DNA of 15,982 nt from Bdellovibrionota bacterium (GTDB lineage: Bacteria > Bdellovibrionota_C > UBA2361 > OMIW01), in assembly GCA_044345055.1 (NCBI GenBank), contig JBIJBT010000065.1, positions 1 through 15,982 of the forward strand. Reading direction: 5' to 3'. A program made the position numbers and the translations under genes. The notes beneath the pieces were generated by a model. It was not told the origin of the DNA, did no database searches, and worked only from the letters and a program-made list of their open reading frames with translations. Positions 8,615-15,974 of the stretch are shown here, piece by piece (the first letter of the stretch is position 1; every line of letters begins with the position of its first letter).

Positions 8615-9445
8615 CTAATTATCAAGCTTCAACGAAAGACACTTAGCGGCACCGCCTGCTTTTAGGAATTCATCAAGAACGACTGGGTGCGTTCTATACC
8701 CCCGCTCTGCGAGCATCCCATACGTTTTAGGGCAGCCAGCGGGAAGGATAATATCGGAACCGAGTACGACCGCGTTACACACGAAGCGGGCGGCCTCTTC
8801 GGGAGAAACTCCAATCAGTTCGATCGACCGCTCAATACTCTTCAGATCTTCTGCATCAAAGGCACCTGGGTAAATAAGGGCAAGATTTGGTGTCAGAGGA
8901 CAAAAACAGGTATCGAGATGGTAGAAGCGATCATCTCGCAGCCTCACCGGAATGAGCTTACGGACATTCAGCGCTTGCCCTATCTCCTCGTAGGCCGCAA
9001 TCTCGGAGCGAAATCCGTAACCGCAAAACAACTTGTCACCTGCAAAAAGCGCATCTCCCTCACCCTCGAAGGTTCCTCCAGTCACCTCGACCACCGAGAA
9101 TCCCGCCTCCTCAAACCACTCCCGAAAATAGTGTTCCTCACCAGCCCGCTCTGGGTGGCGAAATTTCGCGAGGACGACGTTACGCCCTCTAACCAGTCCC
9201 GCATTCGCGGTAAATACCATATCGGGCCACCCATCAGCGTGAGGGACATACTCAACCCATCCGCCAAGCCGAATAATGTGATGATGGAGATTGCTCCACT
9301 GCTTAACCGCAAGCCCTTTCTCAGGCGTTCGCGAAACATCCATCCACGGATTTATTTGGTAGCGCACATCGTAGTCAACCGGTCGACACATAAGCCATCG
9401 ACCGTTTGGGAAAAGAGATGAGGAAGATTGCTGTATGGTATCCAT
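8615..9445 (-). CDS. Amidinotransferase/pentein-superfamily enzyme resembling the arginine dihydrolase domain of cyanobacterial ArgZ/AgrE
   Basis: LMCRP..Y.V.Y.INPWM, PDMVFTANAG, ERAGEE, FEGEGD, GYGFRS, RFYHLDTCFCPL, FVCNAV and EFLKAGGAAKCL. The catalytic Glu/His/Cys are present. Confidence 0.88.
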   Translation of the reverse strand: MDTIQQSSSSLFPNGRWLMCRPVDYDVRYQINPWMDVSRTPEKGLAVKQWSNLHHHIIRLGGWVEYVPHADGWPDMVFTANAGLVRGRNVVLAKFRHPERAGEEHYFREWFEEAGFSVVEVTGGTFEGEGDALFAGDKLFCGYGFRSEIAAYEEIGQALNVRKLIPVRLRDDRFYHLDTCFCPLTPNLALIYPGAFDAEDLKSIERSIELIGVSPEEAARFVCNAVVLGSDIILPAGCPKTYGMLAERGYRTHPVVLDEFLKAGGAAKCLSLKLDN

Positions 9446-9496
9446 GGAATTATCCCCGAAAAACTACGCCTCGTCACGGACCAGTGAATCGCCGAG

Positions 9497-9505
9497 AGTC
9501 TAGCA
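9497..9505 (-). promoter_or_regulatory. Candidate extended -10 promoter element for the amidinohydrolase-dehydrogenase operon
   Basis: Minus strand TGCTAGACT (TGn + TAnnnT), about 50 nt upstream of ATG 9445. Confidence 0.3.
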
Positions 9506-9531
9506 CGAGCTTGCTGCTTGCGGGATACGGT

Positions 9532-9702
9532 TTTCTTCGGAGGAAAGATGGCACTTCATGCGGACCAGAGGTCCGCGCACCCAGAGATCTTGTCCCCCAG
9601 ATGTTTCCCAACGTTAGCCTCCCCCTGGGTCTGCGGGCCTCCGGCCCGCATTTCTTCGAAGGAATGGCAGCACTTCATGCCAATCGAAGATCCGCGCACC
9701 CA
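9532..9702. repeat. REP-doublet (REPIN/BIME-like) cluster, copy 1, with partial flanking units at ~119-bp periodicity
   Basis: Core 9551-9657 holds two inverted 27-nt units with hairpins GCGGACC-AGA-GGTCCGC (9560-9576) and GCGGGCC-TCC-GGCCCGC (9633-9649). The linker TTTCTTCGnAGGAA occurs at 9532 and 9651. A degenerate third unit lies at 9670-9702. Confidence 0.8.
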
Positions 9703-9802
9703 AAACTGCCCTCTCTCTGCAACCTCAATCCCTAAAAACCCCTACCACTTATCAAAGCAATCGAGAGTAAGGTTATTAAGGATAACGAAATTCCTACACT
9801 CA

Positions 9803-11224
9803 TTATTTTTTTACTGACTGATTCGATCCAAGCAGATCGACGAGCACCTTCGCATCGGTGTCGGCTGAGTGAGCAGCTTCGCATAGGGCGCGTACCGTAT
9901 CTCCGCCAAGCTCGGCCGCTAAAAGTCCTTTCATAGGACAGTCATCGACTTTAAAAAGTGATTTGTAGATCGTGATCGCAGTCAGATACGCGCCGACTCG
10001 GGTATCGTGAATACCATCGGTAGCATAGAGGCCGATGCTGGGATTGGCTCGATCTGCTCGAAGCCAAGCCGATCCGGCCGGAATAATCTTCGCTCTTGTA
10101 TCCGTAACGCTGAGCGCTACTTCAAGTTGTGATAGTAGTTGGCGAGATGGTGATTCACCGATATCTTTTCGTGGCCATGGAATCAAGGTGAAGACACTTT
10201 CACTCGTTTTCTTTAAGTCCTCGACAAGGAGACTGAGCTCTTTAAACCCTGAGGTTGGCCAATTAACAAGCTCGAGGCTTTGCGGTTGAATAACAGCTGC
10301 ATCCCAGAGTTTACCATCGGTCCGTTTCCAATCGGTCGTTACGCGATGATCTGCGATGGTAGCACTCGGCACAAGATGACTACGAAACCACACTCCCCGC
10401 CCCTCGAATGCCGCAAGCTGTGCGACGATTCGCGGTACTTGATTTCCGCCAAGCAGAGAATTACCGAGAAATAATACCTGTAGATCGTTCGGCTGTGGCT
10501 CCGGATTTAGGTTTGCGATGGGATAAGGAGCCCATGGATCGTTGAAGCTTGTTCCGTAGGAAAGGTATCGAAAAGCTTCTTGGCCGAAAGTTCTGAGCCA
10601 TGGGAAGGAACCATCCAACTTAAGCCGATCTGGCAACCGTAGCTCATCTGGCCCCCAAAGAAAGAAAAGGACTCCTAAAAAAAATTGGCGAAGAAACCAG
10701 CCGAGTCGGCCTTGGGGGAGTTGAAATCTATATTTCCCCGCTGGTCTGGTTTGGATAGGCAGTATCGGCTCTTCTTCGTTTGAACCTCTGAGGTACTGGA
10801 TTATTTTATTGATATCAGATTGAGCGAGTCGTGTATGTTCATAAGGAAGAACGAAAGTATGGAATCTGAGGTACCGTGCAATGTGCACGACCGGAAGTTC
10901 AACAGCTGAATCATGTTCACGTTGAGTGCGAGCAAGGAGAGTTATATTTTTCCGACGCGTAAAAATCGGGATACCAAAGGGACCCCACGAAAAAAAGAAT
11001 CGTTCACCCAAATAGGCATCCGGGAGTATAATCCGAAGTAGATAATATCCGACAAAAAACGTCGAGATTATAGCATACAAAGCCGCAACGATGCTTGATG
11101 GACCCTCGTTAGCCGCTATGAATTCAACCGTCGTACAGAACAAAATATAGCTAAGAAGACCCCACACAATTAATGCAGCGAGATAGCTGACGAGACCCTC
11201 CTTTGCTCGGATACTTCTTCCCAT
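9803..11224 (-). CDS. Membrane-anchored protein with a C-terminal SGNH/GDSL-like hydrolase domain
   Basis: Two N-terminal hydrophobic helices and a further hydrophobic segment. C-terminal block I VLFLGNSL, WDAAVIQ, IIPAGSAW and block V LYATDGIH (DxxH). Confidence 0.7.
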   Translation of the reverse strand: MGRSIRAKEGLVSYLAALIVWGLLSYILFCTTVEFIAANEGPSSIVAALYAIISTFFVGYYLLRIILPDAYLGERFFFSWGPFGIPIFTRRKNITLLARTQREHDSAVELPVVHIARYLRFHTFVLPYEHTRLAQSDINKIIQYLRGSNEEEPILPIQTRPAGKYRFQLPQGRLGWFLRQFFLGVLFFLWGPDELRLPDRLKLDGSFPWLRTFGQEAFRYLSYGTSFNDPWAPYPIANLNPEPQPNDLQVLFLGNSLLGGNQVPRIVAQLAAFEGRGVWFRSHLVPSATIADHRVTTDWKRTDGKLWDAAVIQPQSLELVNWPTSGFKELSLLVEDLKKTSESVFTLIPWPRKDIGESPSRQLLSQLEVALSVTDTRAKIIPAGSAWLRADRANPSIGLYATDGIHDTRVGAYLTAITIYKSLFKVDDCPMKGLLAAELGGDTVRALCEAAHSADTDAKVLVDLLGSNQSVKK

Positions 11225-11405
11225 GGGTGCCCTTCCATTAACTTTGGAGCGTGTTTTTATATTTTTCCGCTAATGTTACAGCAGCGGTGCCCCGCGGATT
11301 ATTGCTCATGTTAAAGCGCTGCCCGCCCGACTGGCAGACGAATTAACTTCGTGCAGTATTATATTCTTAATTGCTGCAAAAGAACCTTATTTTTCTTGAG
11401 CCTTG

Positions 11406-11432
11406 TCTTCTATTTCTCTGAGAAATAGAAGA
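11406..11432. promoter_or_regulatory. Perfect 13-bp inverted repeat with 1-nt spacer (operator or hairpin)
   Basis: TCTTCTATTTCTC-T-GAGAAATAGAAGA, between the MFS stop and the SGNH gene start. Confidence 0.4.
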
Positions 11433-11498
11433 GGAGCACATCTGCTGAGGGTTGGCTTATTATGCTGGGCTCTGTCCCACAATTTCCGAGCAGCCGCC

Positions 11499-11613
11499 GC
11501 ACTTCATGCGGACCAGAGGTCCGCGCACCCAGAGATATTGTCCCCCAGATGTTTCCAAACGTCAGCCTCCCCCTGGGTCCGCGGGCCTCCGGCCCGCATT
11601 TCTTCCGAGGAAT
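11499..11613. repeat. REP-doublet (REPIN/BIME-like) cluster, copy 2, a direct repeat of 9551-9665
   Basis: 11499-11605 matches 9551-9657 at 103/107 positions (offset 1948 bp). It lies 10 bp past the MFS stop codon. Confidence 0.85.
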
Positions 11614-11622
11614 AACTATTCA

Positions 11623-12900
11623 TCATTCCTGCACAGTGATGTCTACTGCCGCTGTAACAGGTTCACGCAGAGACCTGAAAAGGATTGCGATCGCGTCTCT
11701 TCTTGTCGCCGCTGCGTATACTCCTGAAAAGAGCGCTATTGCGCCGCACACCCAGAATACCTCGCCAGGGGAGAGATGTAGCACTCTGTTGAGCACGATC
11801 TGCACCCCAGATACCGCGAGTATGCCGATGAAGGACATTAAGTTTGCAGCTCCCTGAACCGCGCCACGAAGCTCGGGCGGTGGGCGATGTTGGAGAACGG
11901 CCGCGATCGGAACGATGAAGAACCCCGCGGCGAGTCCGAGGCCGACTAGACACAAGCTAAAGAGGGTAACGCCGAGGTTGTGAGAGCCCATCGGTATCGA
12001 GAACAGCGCCATCCCGACTGCGCCGATCTGCACGAGGCCGTACTGAATTTTACCACGCGACAGGACACCTGCTAGAGCGCTCCCGACACCGATTCCTATC
12101 GCCAGAGCCGCATTCAAGAATCCATTCTGCTGTTCGGTGAGAGCGAGCACGTCCTTGGCGTAAATGGTGAGGTTCATCTGCACGAGCGTTGCGACGAACC
12201 AAAACCCTGTACTGCCCCAATTCGCGCGCCACAGCGCACTATCAGCTCGCATGAACCTGAGTTGTCGATAAAGGTCCGTTATGGGGTTTAATCTCGGAGG
12301 GCAATTGGGGCTCGCTGCCGGGGTCTTTGGAATGTGCTTACTCGTCATCCAGCCACCCACTGCTAGGACAGAGAGAATGAGTCCGGCGAAGTGTTGAGAG
12401 CCGTGCAGATTTTGCGCGAACACGCCGCCCGCAACGGTGCCAAGGATTATGCCGATGAAAGTCAAAAGCTCGAGGATGCCGTTACCCCACGAGAGGCGCG
12501 AGACCGGTAAAACTTCGGGAAGGATGCCGTACTTCGAGGGTCCGAAGATCGCGCTGTGACACCCCATCAGGAAGATAGCGAACATCTCGAGCGCAAGATG
12601 CTCCTTGTAAAGAGCAAGCGTAGCGAACGACATTATCCCGATCTCCGCGAGCTTTACACACTCCATGATGCGCTGCTTGCTATAGCGGTCGGCGAGCCAT
12701 CCCCCGAGCATCGAGAATAAAATGAATGGCGCTGCAAAAAGCGCTCCGGCGAGCGCCACGTAAGTGTTGCGAACCTCCTCCGGCATCGGTCTTCCGAGTA
12801 CCAGAAAAACGATCAAGGTCTTCAGCGCGAGATCGCTGAACCCGTTCTGGAACTGGGTAATCATGAGCGCCCAGAAACCTTTTTTCCAATCCTGTTTCAT
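11623..12900 (-). CDS. MFS transporter, LplT-like (lysophospholipid transporter, the MFS domain seen in Aas-type fusions)
   Basis: About 12 hydrophobic segments, FWALMITQFQNGFSD, APFILFSMLGGWLADRYSK (MFS motif A region), SAIFGPSKYGILPE, GFFIVP and RGAVQGAAN. AGGA SD upstream. Confidence 0.8.
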   Translation of the reverse strand: MKQDWKKGFWALMITQFQNGFSDLALKTLIVFLVLGRPMPEEVRNTYVALAGALFAAPFILFSMLGGWLADRYSKQRIMECVKLAEIGIMSFATLALYKEHLALEMFAIFLMGCHSAIFGPSKYGILPEVLPVSRLSWGNGILELLTFIGIILGTVAGGVFAQNLHGSQHFAGLILSVLAVGGWMTSKHIPKTPAASPNCPPRLNPITDLYRQLRFMRADSALWRANWGSTGFWFVATLVQMNLTIYAKDVLALTEQQNGFLNAALAIGIGVGSALAGVLSRGKIQYGLVQIGAVGMALFSIPMGSHNLGVTLFSLCLVGLGLAAGFFIVPIAAVLQHRPPPELRGAVQGAANLMSFIGILAVSGVQIVLNRVLHLSPGEVFWVCGAIALFSGVYAAATRRDAIAILFRSLREPVTAAVDITVQE

Positions 12901-12921
12901 AGGTAATCCTGACTTTGTAGT

Positions 12922-13605
12922 CTATTGTGGATTGCTCGACACTTGAGCGGGCTTGAATACTTTCTTGAGCGCTAAGTGCGTGGGAACGAAGAAGCACACT
13001 AGCAATCCTATCATCCACAAGATCAGATAACTCGGAGCACTCATCCACTCTTGTGGTTTGCTATCGTTTAAACCGTACACGTAATTCACATTGAGTGGTG
13101 TGTTAACATCCGGGACGCTCGCGCCTGCTGGTGGAAGCAAGAAGAACGCGATTAGGCACGCGGCCCACGCCAATCCGGTCCAGGCGAAAAGACCACGCCG
13201 GTCGTAACCGAGTACATGCACCAGATACAGGAGCAAAAAGGGGAGCCAGCCGTGGAAGAGTGACAAAGATCTCAGAAAGAGGGGACGGCGATCGTCCATC
13301 ATGTAGCTCGTCATGTGAGAGAGGTGATTGCCGGTTAGTTCGACGGCGAAGTCGACACACCAAAAAAGCTGCGGGACCACAATCCCCACAGCCGCAGCCG
13401 AAGCAGCTAAGGCGCTGTTTCTCCACACGGCGAAGAGCACGAGGAAAAGCGCCATATCGCAGAAATACAGGAAGTTCGTCGGTCCATAGTGGTACCAATA
13501 CACCGGTACGAGAACGGCCATGAAGGCGGTGTAAGCCATTTTGACAGCAGTGGGGACCGCTCTCCCCTGCACGGGGATAGCTTCGATGGTTGCTTCGTTC
13601 GACAT
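12922..13605 (-). CDS. Integral membrane protein (~6 TM) with FCD, LFHGW and NVNYVYG motifs, possibly TMEM164/YwaF-like
   Basis: 227 aa from ATG 13605 (GGAG 8 nt upstream). Multiple hydrophobic helices, motifs YGPTNFLYFCD, SLFHGWL and NVNYVYGL. It ends 21 bp upstream of the MFS gene. Confidence 0.75.
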   Translation of the reverse strand: MSNEATIEAIPVQGRAVPTAVKMAYTAFMAVLVPVYWYHYGPTNFLYFCDMALFLVLFAVWRNSALAASAAAVGIVVPQLFWCVDFAVELTGNHLSHMTSYMMDDRRPLFLRSLSLFHGWLPFLLLYLVHVLGYDRRGLFAWTGLAWAACLIAFFLLPPAGASVPDVNTPLNVNYVYGLNDSKPQEWMSAPSYLILWMIGLLVCFFVPTHLALKKVFKPAQVSSNPQ

Positions 13606-13804
13606 ACGGCTTTCTCCAAACGATCTCCCTTCTCTAGAAATGCTCTTGAGGAGGGCTGAATTTACGGCTATCCACATATCGGCTGTGAAGTGCGAAGTGC
13701 ATCATTGAACTTTTGAGTATTAAGATCTCCCAAAACCTTAAGGCTAAGCTGCAACAGGCAAAAATTTTGCATAACCACTTCAGATATTTTTGTCGAGGGT
13801 CATG

Positions 13805-14905
13805 ATGTATCACTTATTTTTTGCCTTTATTCTGTTAGCATTCGCGCCGGTACCGGGATTGGCTTCACCCTTTTTTGTTACAGGCGACTCCTCAAAGCAG
13901 GTTCAGATTTCGTTAAATGCCAACTCGCCAAAGATTATTTACGTTAATTTAAGAAGCCCCTCCTCTGCACGGCAACAGCTTTCCGTTGAGATCTCAGGTC
14001 CATCAGGAGCGGTCATCTCTTTTGCATCGGCGAAATCGGCTCCAAAAACCAGCCGCGATGTAGCCAAAAAAGGAGGTAAACTCTTCCCTGGCCTTCTATA
14101 TCCACCCGTCGGCGCTGGAGTATCCTCGTTCAAACTTGGCTCTATCGATTCTAGCGGCAATGGCTCATCGAATGGCGGAGGATCCGGTAGTAATACCGGA
14201 GGCGGTGGGAGTGAAACTTATGTATGCGGGTGTTTGACCAATAAAAATGTTGAGGAACTTCGCCAGTCATTCTCACAGCTAGGGATATCATACTCATCCG
14301 AACAAATTTGCGAGCTGTTTGGCAACACTCCCAGCTGCCCATCAACCGCTGCAGTGAGCACCTCTGGAAGCAGCAACGCGACAATCGTCACCCGAGCAAC
14401 TACTTCAAGCTCTGCAGTTCTTTCCGCGTTTATCCAAGACGATGCATGTGACAGCAAGCCGCCGATAGGTGTATTGAAATTTGATCTCTCTCGGGTAAAG
14501 AGTTCCGATTTAGTGGGTAGTTCTATTACCATTAAGCCAAGCTTTACTCAGTTCGATGGCAACAGGCGGGTCAAAATCAAACGTCAAGGCGAAGGTATGT
14601 ATCGAAGCCCCCTCCTCCTCGCTGGCCCGGTCTCTGGCGGTTCCTTTTTCGCTCCGCTTGGGAATGTTGGATTTTCAACTTGGCTCGGAGACAAGAAAAA
14701 GATCCAACGCTCAATCAAAATAGCCGACTTTGTTTACTATTCCCCGGCCGGTGGCTCTTTGTGGAGAGTGCCTCTTTCAAACGACATCTTTTCAGGAGGT
14801 AAAGGCACCTTCGAAATGCGCACAGATAGCGAAGGATACTCAATCTGTGCCTCTCTTGTGAAACAAGATCAATTTTTCAACGGTTACCCGCAAAATACAC
14901 GATGA
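13805..14905 (+). CDS. Secreted hypothetical protein
   Basis: Signal-peptide-like N-terminus (MYHLFFAFILLAFAPVPGLA-S), a Gly/Ser linker and 6 Cys. GAGGG upstream favours ATG 13802/13805 over TTG 13790. No family recognised. Confidence 0.7.
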   Translation: MYHLFFAFILLAFAPVPGLASPFFVTGDSSKQVQISLNANSPKIIYVNLRSPSSARQQLSVEISGPSGAVISFASAKSAPKTSRDVAKKGGKLFPGLLYPPVGAGVSSFKLGSIDSSGNGSSNGGGSGSNTGGGGSETYVCGCLTNKNVEELRQSFSQLGISYSSEQICELFGNTPSCPSTAAVSTSGSSNATIVTRATTSSSAVLSAFIQDDACDSKPPIGVLKFDLSRVKSSDLVGSSITIKPSFTQFDGNRRVKIKRQGEGMYRSPLLLAGPVSGGSFFAPLGNVGFSTWLGDKKKIQRSIKIADFVYYSPAGGSLWRVPLSNDIFSGGKGTFEMRTDSEGYSICASLVKQDQFFNGYPQNTR

Positions 14906-14925
14906 GAGTAGGGTTAGGGCACTCA

Positions 14926-14955
14926 AGTCTCGGAGCTAACTTAAGTTCCGAGACT
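14926..14955 (+). terminator. Stem-loop downstream of the secreted-protein gene, probable terminator or 3' stabiliser
   Basis: AGTCTCGGAGCT-AACTTA-AGTTCCGAGACT is a 12-bp stem with one G-U pair, 20 bp after the stop. No U-tract on the + strand. Confidence 0.45.
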
Positions 14956-15340
14956 ATCAAAAGGCCAGTACTATCTAAAATTTCCTCCCTCTATTATCTC
15001 AGAGGCATAGTGATAAATGAGCTGTAACTTCACCTAACTTACTTATCAGGCCTCCGGATTAAAAATCAGCTTAAAATGTCGCCGCGGGCATTTCGTGAGC
15101 GGTAGCAGCGAGCAATCGACAAGTACTATCCCAAATTGCTTCGAATCTCCTTGAGTTATGAGCCTCTTCCCCCAGACCCATCCTCGGGGTGGCACTTAAA
15201 GAACATTGATTGACTGGAGATTAATCTGATATTTGGTGACTACCACTGCTACCGTCAACTTTTATAGAATATGTCTATAAAAAAAGGGGCACTCCAGATC
15301 GATGAGAGAAAATCAGTAAAACTTTTTCAAGATAAAATCT

Positions 15341-15918
15341 ATGGACTACTATCCGTTTAATAAAGACGCATATGATCAATGGGTCATCGATCAAGGAGAT
15401 GCAACACTTCGGCTTGATTATCCATTAAGTAAGGATTCGGTCGTTTTAGACCTTGGTGGATTTAAAGGAGATTGGAGCTCTTCAGTCTATGACATGTATG
15501 GCTGTAATATGTATATATTTGAGCCAGTTACTAAATATTTCGTGGGCATAAAAAGAAGATTTTTAAAAATGATAAAATTAAAATTTTTGAATATTGCCTT
15601 GGATCTAAAAATTACAGCACAGAAATTAACCTCCTCGGGGATTCTACTTCAATATTTTTAGATTCTGCTCAGAGGGAGTTAATTGAAATTGCTGATATAA
15701 ACTATTTTATAAAATTTTCCGGCATTAGATCAGTTGATTTGATCAAAATCAACATTGAAGGTGGAGAGTATGATCTATTGGAAACAATACTAGAGTCTTC
15801 GATGCAAACATGTTTTGGTAATATTCAGGTTCAGTTTCATCGATTTATTCCCAATTGCAAGGAAAGAAGAGACCGAATTAGAGATATCTTATCTAAGACT
15901 CATCAACTTGAGAGTTAG
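15341..15918 (+). pseudogene. FkbM-family SAM-dependent methyltransferase, split by a -1 frameshift at TTTTTAAAAA (15560-15569)
   Basis: Frame 0 gives VVLDLGGFKG and IFEPV. The -1 frame from 15568 continues NDKIKIFEYCLG...VDLIKINIEGGEYDLL...IQVQFH...LSKTHQLES* (TAG 15916-15918). Adding one base restores a single ORF. Confidence 0.75.
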
Positions 15919-15947
15919 GAGTTGTCTTCCCACAATAGTTGATCAAT

Positions 15948-15974
15948 CGGCGCGGATTAGAGTGCCGCTTTTTT
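15948..15974 (+). terminator. Candidate intrinsic terminator
   Basis: CGGCGC-GGATTAGA-GTGCCG stem followed by CTTTTTT. Confidence 0.4.

Noticed and set aside
8687..9421. 244-aa + strand ORF
   Set aside because: It is an antisense shadow of the well-conserved amidinohydrolase gene and has no recognisable motifs.
8581..9424. GAGATGAGGAA present near the starts of both operon genes
   Set aside because: It is an 11-mer with one copy inside coding sequence, indistinguishable from chance.
9446..9660. Guanidine riboswitch upstream of the amidino enzyme
   Set aside because: The two hairpins have 3-nt loops rather than ACGR tetraloops, the same element recurs at 11499 before an unrelated gene, and the GACGAGG in the leader lacks the surrounding guanidine-III pairing.
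9406..9817. Short + strand ORFs (9406-9735, 9518-9817) and their counterparts at 11403-11857 sharing peptide sequence
   Set aside because: The similarity arises in several frames from the DNA repeat itself, so there is no evidence of coding.
9551..11605. Repeats interpreted as a CRISPR array
   Set aside because: The units are ~107-119 bp with conserved internal linkers, there are no unique spacers, and no cas genes are present.
15097..15110. ops/JUMPstart element before the methyltransferase
   Set aside because: AGCGGTAGCAGC matches only the core of GGCGGTAGnnTG, lies far from the start codon, and no long operon follows.
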